DNA of 24,355 nucleotides, taken from assembly GCA_048885525.1 (NCBI GenBank), contig JBHLLP010000043.1:4760-29114 (forward strand), read 5' to 3'. Shown piece by piece: positions 17,101 through 24,333 of this stretch (positions within the stretch are counted from its first letter, which is position 1; the number at the start of each line of letters is the position of its first letter). The notes beneath the pieces are model-generated. The model had not been told where the DNA came from, ran no database searches, and saw only the letters and a list, made by a program, of their open reading frames with translations. The position numbers and the translations under genes are program-made. The stretch is from Candidatus Hermodarchaeota archaeon. Its GTDB lineage: Archaea > Asgardarchaeota > Lokiarchaeia > Sigyniarchaeales > SOKP01.

Positions 17101-17290
17101 TTGTAAGACTACCAGGAAAATCATCAATTACAATATCGTAATATACTCCTGAACTTTTTAATTCTTTAAAATTATTATTGTTCCTATTTATAGGTGTTAG
17201 AAAGGAGAGAAAATTAGAGAAATTCAGCGATATTAACAAAATTAAACCAAAAATGAATTTTATTTTCTTATTTTGTAGTTTCTTATACAT
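14177..17290 (-). CDS. Membrane-anchored cell-surface protein with NosD/PbH1 right-handed beta-helix repeats and two Ig-like domains
   Basis: Basic plus hydrophobic signal peptide, ~23-aa GI-x-L...N-N-x-I-x-x-N coils, two GNYWD caps, two P-x-x-x-INSP...MWY-x-LDGG...TFYA-x-D-x-x-GN domains, and a C-terminal TM helix followed by RKRK. GGTGA RBS. Confidence 0.9.
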   Translation of the reverse strand: MYKKLQNKKIKFIFGLILLISLNFSNFLSFLTPINRNNNNFKELKSSGVYYDIVIDDFPGSLTNWAWAQTQPWFGGGSGSPGDPYIIEDHTFEYSSGSGDCFYIMNSRKYFIINNCTFRNSFLLHVGLFLVNVTNGQILNSYIYNSVADGIELLDTSEMFISNNHIYDNAWSGIYMHGISENNTITGNFFNNNGWYGVEVYSSNNLLYNNYFTNPNSGHAEDNGVNNDWNSTIIGNYWDDYTGYDMDLDGIGDDPYDVPPGGGSQDYLPIWNLQEPIAINDLGGADYTWAEAALEPWCTGAGTSGDPYVIEDLIIDGKGIENCISVQNSNKYFMIQNCKVYNSGTVFFASGILLFNVTNSQIIGNNASNNEFIGITLLDCENNIISGNFANNNTLCGIILADCHNNTISGNIANENINEHGIYLAGSHNNSISGNFAIDNGAYGIMLEASSYNSLSGNSLINNTNSGIYLLDSSNNNTITGTIANYNDNNGIYCVNSKNNTIQDTIASYNKHNGIYLQNSNNTRILRNELSESIENGIKMESSHENWIEGTVANDNGFNGIYSGLGNFNIFKDTVAIGNGHNGIYLQNTNNCTLSDNNLSNSTENGLKMDFCTENWIIGTIANDNIFDGIYGLGAVNNTIKDTSANDNGHNGIFLQISNDNIIKQNDLFESDENGIKLEFACLNNIIYDNYLFKNVLNGIFLAVSTIYNIIYENVISDNNDNGIYIASGCSDNLFYKNFFLDNGNHAIDDGLNNDWNSTTVGNYWDNWTSPDLSPNDGIVDYPYNISGSAGSVDYFPIADDSAPSVTINSPSDDDLFGIGAPNYDVTITDNYLFQMWYTLDGGLHNYTFTEFIGTIDQSVWESISDGMITLTFYASDKAGNIGSSGVNIEKDTQAPSIIINSPNTGDTYGVSAPSFIVEISDDNLDSMWYSLDGGLTNFTFTNNGTIDPTAWAALPQGIINITFYANDTLGNLGSESVNVEKIISAPGDNFIIIIIVVSVVTGAAVITVVIVVVIRKRKVGDLISGGEIPGGEIPGE
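14182..14222. repeat. 15-bp tandem repeat, about 2.7 copies, encoding ISGGE-IPGGE-IPGE
   Basis: ctcctggaatttcgc / ctcctggaatttcac / ctcctgaaatt. Confidence 0.85.
15235..15855. repeat. Three diverged 207-bp (69-aa, three-coil) super-repeats inside the beta-helix
   Basis: The ENG[IL]K[ML] motif recurs at 15681, 15474 and 15267, exactly 207 bp apart. HNGI[YF]LQ recurs with the same period. Confidence 0.8.
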
Positions 17291-17391
17291 ATAAATTTCA
17301 CCAAAAAAAAGTGTTAAAATTCATGATTATATGATCTTATTTAAATTTGTTTTTCAATTTATAATAGACAAACTTTGAAGTCTTTATAAAA

Positions 17392-18675
17392 TTAGAATAT
17401 TTTGTGTATTATTGTATTAAGATCGATATAAAGATTGTATTCTTCTTTTTGGTGATTATATTCATATTCAGAACTTTGAATTAAGGATTCTATTATGTCA
17501 TCATTTAGCATGCTAATGAATGATTTATCTATTTTTGACCAATGAGGCATTCCCTTAAAATAAACGTTCCATATGGCTTTAGGGTTATTTTCAGATCTGG
17601 ATGTTATTTCTTTTGAGAGAATCATCCAAAATAATATTAATTTGTAAGAAATTCCTGTATTAATTTTCAATCCCATTCTCTGAAAATTTCCAAAAGCAAG
17701 AATCATTAAAAGAGCTAAAGAATATCTCATTTGAATTTTATAAGAATGAATTAAATATTTATCTTTTAATAAGTCCCAATTAAGATCCTTGATTAGTTGG
17801 TTATCAGATTGCTTTAAACTGTCCTCTAATTTTTCATAATAAAATTCTTTTGTTAAATAAGGTTTTGTTTCAACAAATTGGAATATTCTCAGAGCACCTG
17901 CGAGTCTCCATTCTAACCATTCCTGAGAATACTCTTTTGCTATCTTTAAAGCTCTCTTTTTGTCAGGTAAATGACTTAGAATTCTTTTTAATTTGTTATT
18001 TATCTCATCATAATATTTTACATAATGATCAAAGATTTTAGTATAGACATAACCAAGGATATCAATATAAGTAAAAACTTCTAATAAGTCAACAAATTTA
18101 TTGGTAGCATTTTCATGAGAGCGTAATTCAAGAAACTCTTTATCATTTAACAACGAATAAATCCCATAAAACGTAGATTCTCCAGTATAAATTGTTGCCA
18201 TAAGTAAATGATATTGAATAAGTTTTCTTAAAAGTAATTTTTCAACATCTGAAAGCTCAAATGACTTAAGCAAACCCTTGTTTGTAATAAGTTGATAACT
18301 ATGATAAGGATGCTCCTTATTATCAATGTATCTACCAATATCATGATACATAAGAAGGATTGGAATAAGTAAAGAGTTTTTTGAGTGTTGTTTCAATACT
18401 TTTTCTCGAATCTTAGTTATGGATTCTTGTGAAAGAGTTTCGTGAGAGAATGTTCCATTATTTATTAAAAAAAATATTTTAAAGGATCTAAATATGTGCT
18501 TTATTGTTCTTTGAAATTCCTCCTTGTTTATCTCTTGTGCGTTTTGAAAAATTTTCTTTAAATTTGGGAATATTTGTAAGAGATTAAAAAATTCGTCAGA
18601 TTTATCAATATCGATTACTGAGTCAATCCAAGAAAGTTCGATGTTGTTAAATAAATTATTTAGCGTCTCAATCAT
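17392..18675 (-). CDS. HD-domain metal-dependent phosphohydrolase resembling the GlnD uridylyl-removing domain
   Basis: TIKH...LMYHDIGR...EHPYHS...LIQYHLLM...FTYID gives the H/HD/H/H/D ligand order. The start overlaps the upstream stop (ATGA, 18672-18675). Confidence 0.6.
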   Translation of the reverse strand: MIETLNNLFNNIELSWIDSVIDIDKSDEFFNLLQIFPNLKKIFQNAQEINKEEFQRTIKHIFRSFKIFFLINNGTFSHETLSQESITKIREKVLKQHSKNSLLIPILLMYHDIGRYIDNKEHPYHSYQLITNKGLLKSFELSDVEKLLLRKLIQYHLLMATIYTGESTFYGIYSLLNDKEFLELRSHENATNKFVDLLEVFTYIDILGYVYTKIFDHYVKYYDEINNKLKRILSHLPDKKRALKIAKEYSQEWLEWRLAGALRIFQFVETKPYLTKEFYYEKLEDSLKQSDNQLIKDLNWDLLKDKYLIHSYKIQMRYSLALLMILAFGNFQRMGLKINTGISYKLILFWMILSKEITSRSENNPKAIWNVYFKGMPHWSKIDKSFISMLNDDIIESLIQSSEYEYNHQKEEYNLYIDLNTIIHKIF

Positions 18676-19634
18676 AGTTCATTCAATTTTTTTTCTAATA
18701 ATTGAAAAAAAGGTTCTATGTCTATATTTCCACCACTTAATATTACCCCAACCTTTTTGTTCTCAACTGACACTTTTTTTGATAATATAGCTGCTAAAGG
18801 TACTGCTCCAGAAGGTTCAACGATTATTTTCATACGTTCCCAAAGAAATCTCATAGCATCTATAATTTCGATTTCAGAAACCGTTATTATATCATCAACA
18901 TATTTTCGGATAATATTGAAAGTTCTTTCGCAAAGAGAAGTACGCAAGCCATCCGCTATAGTATTTGGATATGTACTTGGTATAATATAACCAACTTTAA
19001 GTGATTTTACAGCATCATCTGCTAATACAGGTTCAACTCCTATAATCTGGGAATTTGAATTTAATCCTTTGACAGCTAGAGCAGTTCCGCTTAATAAACC
19101 ACCACCTCCAAGTGGAGTAATAACTAAATCTAAATTCCCAATTTCTTTGATTAATTCATAAGCAGCAGTTCCTTGTCCATTAATTATATTTTCATTATCG
19201 TAAGGATGAATTAAAACAAATTTATTCTTTTTAATCAAAGATTCAGCAGTTTTTTTTCTCGCTTCTAGTGAATTATCACAAAATACAATGTGAGCACCAT
19301 AATTTCTTGTAGCATTGATTTTATTTACTGGTGCTCCCTTTGGCATAACAATTGTTGCTTTAATTCCCAATAATGATGCTGCGAGTGCAACAGCTTGAGC
19401 GTGATTACCACTTGAATGTGTTATGACCCCCTTTTTCTTGTTTCTTTCTGAAAGTAAACTTAAAGTATTATAAGCTCCTCGGAATTTAAAAGCTCCGACT
19501 CTTTGGAAATTCTCACATTTAAAAAATATATTTGAATTCATTAGTAGATTTAAAGTTCTTGAACTCATAACCGGAGTCTTATTAACAATATTGCTAATTC
19601 TGTTGTAAGCTTCTTCTATACCTTGAAATGACAT
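18672..19634 (-). CDS. Fold-type II PLP serine/threonine dehydratase, serine racemase / hydroxyaspartate ammonia-lyase type, with no ACT domain
   Basis: KCENFQRVGAFKFRGA (PLP lysine), HSSGNHAQ, GQGT, GGGGLLSG, TIADG, EPSGA and SGGN. Confidence 0.92.
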   Translation of the reverse strand: MSFQGIEEAYNRISNIVNKTPVMSSRTLNLLMNSNIFFKCENFQRVGAFKFRGAYNTLSLLSERNKKKGVITHSSGNHAQAVALAASLLGIKATIVMPKGAPVNKINATRNYGAHIVFCDNSLEARKKTAESLIKKNKFVLIHPYDNENIINGQGTAAYELIKEIGNLDLVITPLGGGGLLSGTALAVKGLNSNSQIIGVEPVLADDAVKSLKVGYIIPSTYPNTIADGLRTSLCERTFNIIRKYVDDIITVSEIEIIDAMRFLWERMKIIVEPSGAVPLAAILSKKVSVENKKVGVILSGGNIDIEPFFQLLEKKLNEL

Positions 19635-19703
19635 TTAATGTAAAATTTATAGTTGGGTTGTTATATCTTTAAAATTCTTTTAAAATTAAAAATATATAGA
19701 AAT

Positions 19704-21005
19704 TTAATACCGTTTTGGTGGTTCTTGGCTTAGATCTTCAATTTTTCCTTTAAGTATTGGATCATCTGTTCGCATCATCCAATCATACAATCTATCTTTT
19801 AGTTCTATAGCAACATCTTTATAGTTTAAGCTTTCAATTAAGTTATGGGCTTCATAGGGATCATTCTTAAGATCGTAGAGTTCTTCATTTGGACGGGGTT
19901 TATTAATAAATTGTAATATATATTTACCTAAAGCAACTTGCTTCATATCTGCTCCTAATTGATATAGATTTTCTGATTTTTCAAAATTAATAATGAACTT
20001 AAACTCATCAGTTCTAATACTTCGGATAGGGTCATAATATTCATGAAAAGATTTCTCTGAATATATATCTTTCCTGAATATATCTGTTTCACCATTTAGA
20101 AGCGGTAAAAAACTCCTTCCTTCAATATTTTTTGGGATTTTAGCTCCAATTAATTCTAATAAGGTTGGTAATAAGTCAATATTACTAATTAATTGATTAT
20201 ACACTCTGTTCTGTGGGAGAATGTCTGAATTTAGCCAGGACATTAATAATAACGTTTTTAAACCAGGATCGTAGAGTGTGCACTTAGCTCTAGGATAAGC
20301 TTCTCCATGATCAGTTGTATAAATGAATAAAGTATTTTCCCTCAAACCAAGGTCCTCTAACTGTTTTAAAATATTTCCAATACAGGTATCAACCCCTTGT
20401 ATTGCTCCATAAAATTGAGATAGATCTTCTCTTACAATCTCATTATCTGATAAATAAGGAGGAATTATAACTCCATTAGGATCTACAGGATCTCCCCATA
20501 CTTCAAAGGGGCGATGCACTTGAGTAACTCCAATACATACATAGAAAGGATTTTCATCATGTTGATGTGTTTCAAAAAATTTTTGGCAATTTTTTTTCAT
20601 TCTTAGGCAATTATATAAGTTTTCAGGTCTTCTTTTACTAATTGTATCATACCCTAAAGTATAAGCATCAAAAGCTTCATGCTGAAATCCCATCAAATGA
20701 GTTGTATAGCCATTTTCTTTCAAATACATCGGAAGAGTCTTATTTCTTACCGGTAAAGTCCATCCTTTGTCTACAAGTCCCATCAATCCATTTTGATGAG
20801 GATATAAAGACGTTTGAATTCCACCTCGACTTGGGCTACATTGGGGTGCAGTACAAAAATTATTTGTAAATCGTACTCCATTTTTAGCAAGCTTATCTAG
20901 ATTTGGAGTATAAAGGGAATTAGGAGTTTCTGGTGAATTATAACATCCAAGAAACTGTCCTTGGTCATGAGTTATAAATAATATAATATTTGGTTTCTCC
21001 TTCAT
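19704..21005 (-). CDS. Cys-type formylglycine sulfatase, sulfamidase (SGSH)-like
   Basis: KPNIILFITHD, CSPSR (C-x-P-x-R), HQNGLMGL, HRPF, TDHG and EELYDLKNDPYEAHNL. Confidence 0.92.
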   Translation of the reverse strand: MKEKPNIILFITHDQGQFLGCYNSPETPNSLYTPNLDKLAKNGVRFTNNFCTAPQCSPSRGGIQTSLYPHQNGLMGLVDKGWTLPVRNKTLPMYLKENGYTTHLMGFQHEAFDAYTLGYDTISKRRPENLYNCLRMKKNCQKFFETHQHDENPFYVCIGVTQVHRPFEVWGDPVDPNGVIIPPYLSDNEIVREDLSQFYGAIQGVDTCIGNILKQLEDLGLRENTLFIYTTDHGEAYPRAKCTLYDPGLKTLLLMSWLNSDILPQNRVYNQLISNIDLLPTLLELIGAKIPKNIEGRSFLPLLNGETDIFRKDIYSEKSFHEYYDPIRSIRTDEFKFIINFEKSENLYQLGADMKQVALGKYILQFINKPRPNEELYDLKNDPYEAHNLIESLNYKDVAIELKDRLYDWMMRTDDPILKGKIEDLSQEPPKRY

Positions 21006-21052
21006 AGAAATTCCACTAACTCAATAAAAAATATAATTAAAAGTATAAAAAT

Positions 21053-22033
21053 TTAAATCTCAACTATAATTTTAACAAAATTTCTCTCTTTAAGATCAAT
21101 ATATCTTTCAAAAATTTTCTGCATATCCTCTAATCGAATAACCTCAGAAATAAATTCATTAACATCTACTTTATTCTTCGCAAATAAATCAATAGCTGCC
21201 AAGATGTCATTTTCATCATGACCTAGACTTCCTTTTAATGTAACCTCTTTAGAATTTAACATAAACAAGGGGAATGTTATACTACCCTTATGAATTCCCT
21301 CAAGTAAGATAGTACCACCTTTTTTGATAAAATTAACAGCATTGGAAATTGTTTCTTCATTTCCTACGCAATCAAAAATGAAAGTAGGATCACCAAGTTT
21401 TTTAGTTACTTTTTTCACTTTAGCTCTGCTTGTACCAGTAGCATCCGTTGCTCCCATTTCAATTGCCTTTTTTCTTAAGAATTCATTAGGTTCAACTACA
21501 ACCACATAATTTGGATCTTTTTCAATTAATATAGATTTTAAAGTGGTTAATCCAACGTTGCCCCCTCCAATTATGAGAATATTCTCGTTATTTCCGATTC
21601 TTGATAATTTAAAAGCTCGCATTATTAACGCAAATGTTTCAATCATAACAGCTTCTTTAGTTGAGATATTTTCAGGAAGAGGAAAAAGTGATATTTTAGG
21701 TACTTTTACATATTCTGCAAACCCACCATCTTGAAACATTCCCATGCCAATTAATTGTCCTTGGCTAACATCAAGCGATACATTGACACATAATACCTTA
21801 TCTCCGACTTTTACTTCAGAGATATTTTCTCCAATTTCTACGACTTCTCCGGTAATTTCGTGCCCCATTATTAATGGCATATTGTAAGTTTTATACATGA
21901 AATTGGTTATATCACTTCCACATATTCCGCAATAGTGGACTTTAACTAAAGCTTCATCGGGACTGTAAGTTGGTTTAGGATAATCTTCCCTATATACTAT
22001 CTTTTTGATATCTTCTATTACTGCAGCCCTAAT
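21053..22033 (-). CDS. Zn-dependent medium-chain dehydrogenase (MDR), about 326 aa; probable ATT start
   Basis: The frame is open upstream of the track's ATG at 21898 and reads IRAAVIEDIKKIVYREDYPKP...LVKVHYCGICGSD, which includes the catalytic Zn cysteine. Downstream are GHE-x-x-G-x-V, GGFAEY and the GGGNVG Rossmann loop. Confidence 0.92.
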   Translation of the reverse strand: MRAAVIEDIKKIVYREDYPKPTYSPDEALVKVHYCGICGSDITNFMYKTYNMPLIMGHEITGEVVEIGENISEVKVGDKVLCVNVSLDVSQGQLIGMGMFQDGGFAEYVKVPKISLFPLPENISTKEAVMIETFALIMRAFKLSRIGNNENILIIGGGNVGLTTLKSILIEKDPNYVVVVEPNEFLRKKAIEMGATDATGTSRAKVKKVTKKLGDPTFIFDCVGNEETISNAVNFIKKGGTILLEGIHKGSITFPLFMLNSKEVTLKGSLGHDENDILAAIDLFAKNKVDVNEFISEVIRLEDMQKIFERYIDLKERNFVKIIVEI

Positions 22034-22039
22034 AGATTT

Positions 22040-22047
22040 TCATCTCC
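22040..22047 (-). promoter_or_regulatory. Putative ribosome-binding site GGAGATGA for the MDR gene
   Basis: 7/8 match to GGAGGTGA, 6 nt upstream of ATT at 22033. Confidence 0.55.
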
Positions 22048-22124
22048 AATTATTTTTGATTTTAAAACATCTATTTATTTTTAATAATATACTTTAATTA
22101 ATTTTAGAAATAAAATGAAAATGT

Positions 22125-22133
22125 AAAAAAAAA
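22125..22133 (-). terminator. Putative U-tract terminator after the crotonase gene
   Basis: A9 on + (T9 on -), 3 nt after the stop codon. Confidence 0.4.
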
Positions 22134-22136
22134 GAT

Positions 22137-22883
22137 TTATAGTCCTAATAGACTCTTCATACTTTTTAGTATAGTATCAATTTCATTATCGAATGTTTTA
22201 ACTTGGTCAAAGAAAATTTTGTTTACTTGAATTAATTGTTTTACTACGTATTCGGGTGATTGAATAATTTGTTTTGCTAAGTTAATTGCCTCACTTAATG
22301 CTTCTCCTTTCTCAACTAATTTATTAATAATATTCAACCGATATGCTTCCTCGGCAGTGAGAAATGTTTCTCTAGTTCCTGTATTTAATGTAATTTCTAA
22401 AGCTTTTCCGCGGCCTACAAGAGTCATATAGGGAAAAAATAGTGGGCACGCACCAAACCTTATCTCTGGGTGACCAAAAAATGAACCTTTTGAAGCAACG
22501 CGAAGGTGACAAATCACAGTAAGGTCAAACGCTCCCGCAAGAGCATATCCATTCACAGCAGCAATTAATAATTTAGGATAATCAAATATAGTTTGATGGA
22601 ACAGATGATTAGAATCGATAAACTGCTGATAATCTCCTTTCCCTTGTACAATTGCTTGGACTTCATCTCTGTCAAATCCAGCAGAAAAAAATTCTTCCCC
22701 TCCATAAAAAACTACGGCTTTTACTTTTTTTTCTTCCTTAAGAGAGTTTAATGCATTAATTATTTCTGCTCTCATAGCTTCACTTAACGCATTTTTCTTT
22801 TCTGGGCGATTTAATTTAATTATTGAAATTTTTCCTTTTCTATCAACAATAATGTATTGATATTCTTTTTCCACATCTATCAA
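22137..22883 (-). CDS. Enoyl-CoA hydratase/isomerase (crotonase) family protein
   Basis: LNRPEKKNALS, FSAGFD, PKLLIAAVNGYALAG, PEIRFG and AEEAYRLNIIN. Confidence 0.92.
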   Translation of the reverse strand: MIDVEKEYQYIIVDRKGKISIIKLNRPEKKNALSEAMRAEIINALNSLKEEKKVKAVVFYGGEEFFSAGFDRDEVQAIVQGKGDYQQFIDSNHLFHQTIFDYPKLLIAAVNGYALAGAFDLTVICHLRVASKGSFFGHPEIRFGACPLFFPYMTLVGRGKALEITLNTGTRETFLTAEEAYRLNIINKLVEKGEALSEAINLAKQIIQSPEYVVKQLIQVNKIFFDQVKTFDNEIDTILKSMKSLLGL

Positions 22884-22994
22884 CTCGTAAATTTTTAATT
22901 GAAATTACTTAAAATTTAGATTTGTTAACTTAAATTTCTTTTACAATCATAAAAAAATAAAAAATAATTAGATTGTTTACCTAATTTTTATATT

Positions 22995-23237
22995 ATGAAA
23001 CCTCCAATATGTAGAATATGTGATAAGAAATTAGAAGATATGGATGATGGCGGTTTGATTTATTTTAAAAAACGCCCTTCTGATATAGAATGGGAAAAAA
23101 GAATGGAAAAAATTGGAGGAGTAGGTCATCCACCGAATGCAGAATGGTTCTGCAAAAAGCATTATGATCTAGCAATGGAACTAGAACATTTCTCTATTGA
23201 TAAGGCATTAAAAATTCTAAATTCTAACTTAATTTAA
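22995..23237 (+). CDS. Small putative Zn-binding protein (CxxC...CxxH)
   Basis: MKPPICRIC...GHPPNAEWFCKKH; 80 aa, ATG start, with a T-tract downstream. Confidence 0.75.
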   Translation: MKPPICRICDKKLEDMDDGGLIYFKKRPSDIEWEKRMEKIGGVGHPPNAEWFCKKHYDLAMELEHFSIDKALKILNSNLI

Positions 23238-23526
23238 TTTTCTATTTTTTTAACTAATCAAATTTTATTATAGGGAGTTGTTTACATCAAAAAGTTTAAA
23301 TTTTTAGGAAAAAGAGCAAAAAGGAAAATTAATTCATTTAAAATTTAAATAAGAATGAAAAATTAACCTTGGTTTAATTGAGGGCAAATCCAATGTATAA
23401 TTGAATTAAATTCCTTTTGATTTGATTAATTAATATCATTTAAATAGGTATATGCAATTTTGGCATTTTATTTTATATAAATAGTAAGTTTTAATATGTT
23501 TAACCTTATCACTTGAACAGAGGAAA

Positions 23527-24333
23527 ATGAATTTAACAGAAGAACAGATCAATAGATATTCTCGTCAGATTGTTCTAAAGGAAATTGGAGGTATAGGCCA
23601 GAAAAGACTATTGAATTCAAGAATTACTTTAATTGGGTTAGGGGCTCTTGGATCTCCTGCTGCGTATTATTTAACTGCTGCTGGAATTGGAAATATAAAA
23701 GTAATTGATTATGATCAAGTTGAACCTTCTAATTTACATAGGCAAATTCTACATTTTACAAAGGATATTAATAAGAAAAAAACCGAGAGCGCTATTGAAA
23801 AACTAAACCAGTTAAATCCAGATTGTAATATCGAAATCATTAGTGAGAAGCTTTTACCGGAAAATGCAAAACAAATTTTGAATAACTCTGATTTTGTCAT
23901 AGAGGGATCTGACAATTTTCCTACCAAAATGTTAGTTAACGATACATGCGTTCATTTAAAGATCCCATTTTCGATAGCAGGCGTGTTAAGATTCCATGGA
24001 CAGATAATGACTATTGTCCCAGAGAGAAAAACGGCTTGTTATAGATGCCTTTTTGGAGATATAACTGATGGTACTAATGGAATGTCATGTTCCGAAGCAG
24101 GAGTTATAGGATTAATTCCAGGAATTCTGGGTAGTATAGAAGCAAATGAAGCAATTAAATGTATTCTAAATATAGGAGATTTAATTATTAATAAGATCTT
24201 ATATGTAGATCTCTTACATAATACTTTTAATTTTATAGATATTTATCGAGATGAAAATTGCATGGCGTGTGGAGAAAACGCTATAGATTTGGTTGAAACA
24301 TATCATTATAGGATAGAAGATGTATGTCAATAG
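23527..24333 (+). CDS. ThiF/MoeB/HesA-family (E1-like) adenylyltransferase, with no rhodanese domain
   Basis: RYSRQI, GLGALGS, D-x-D-x-VEPSNLHRQ, SDNF, CYRC and CMAC Zn pairs, and SCSEAGVIG with the conserved cysteine. Confidence 0.93.
   Translation: MNLTEEQINRYSRQIVLKEIGGIGQKRLLNSRITLIGLGALGSPAAYYLTAAGIGNIKVIDYDQVEPSNLHRQILHFTKDINKKKTESAIEKLNQLNPDCNIEIISEKLLPENAKQILNNSDFVIEGSDNFPTKMLVNDTCVHLKIPFSIAGVLRFHGQIMTIVPERKTACYRCLFGDITDGTNGMSCSEAGVIGLIPGILGSIEANEAIKCILNIGDLIINKILYVDLLHNTFNFIDIYRDENCMACGENAIDLVETYHYRIEDVCQ

Noticed and set aside
22040-22042. In-frame TGA upstream of the MDR gene as selenocysteine
   Set aside because: It lies before the conserved N-terminus, inside the RBS, and does not align with a Cys position.
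23354-23384. ATGA-stem-TGAG hairpin (AATTAACC/GGTTTAATT) as a SECIS or kink-turn RNA
   Set aside because: The stem is too short, there is no apical AA loop, and no adjacent gene has an internal TGA.
15231-23927. ORFs 15231..15539, 15241..15423, 17850..18041, 18718..18990, 20642..20869, 21324..21509, 21543..21734 and 23715..23927
   Set aside because: All are nested within longer motif-supported genes, antisense or off-frame.
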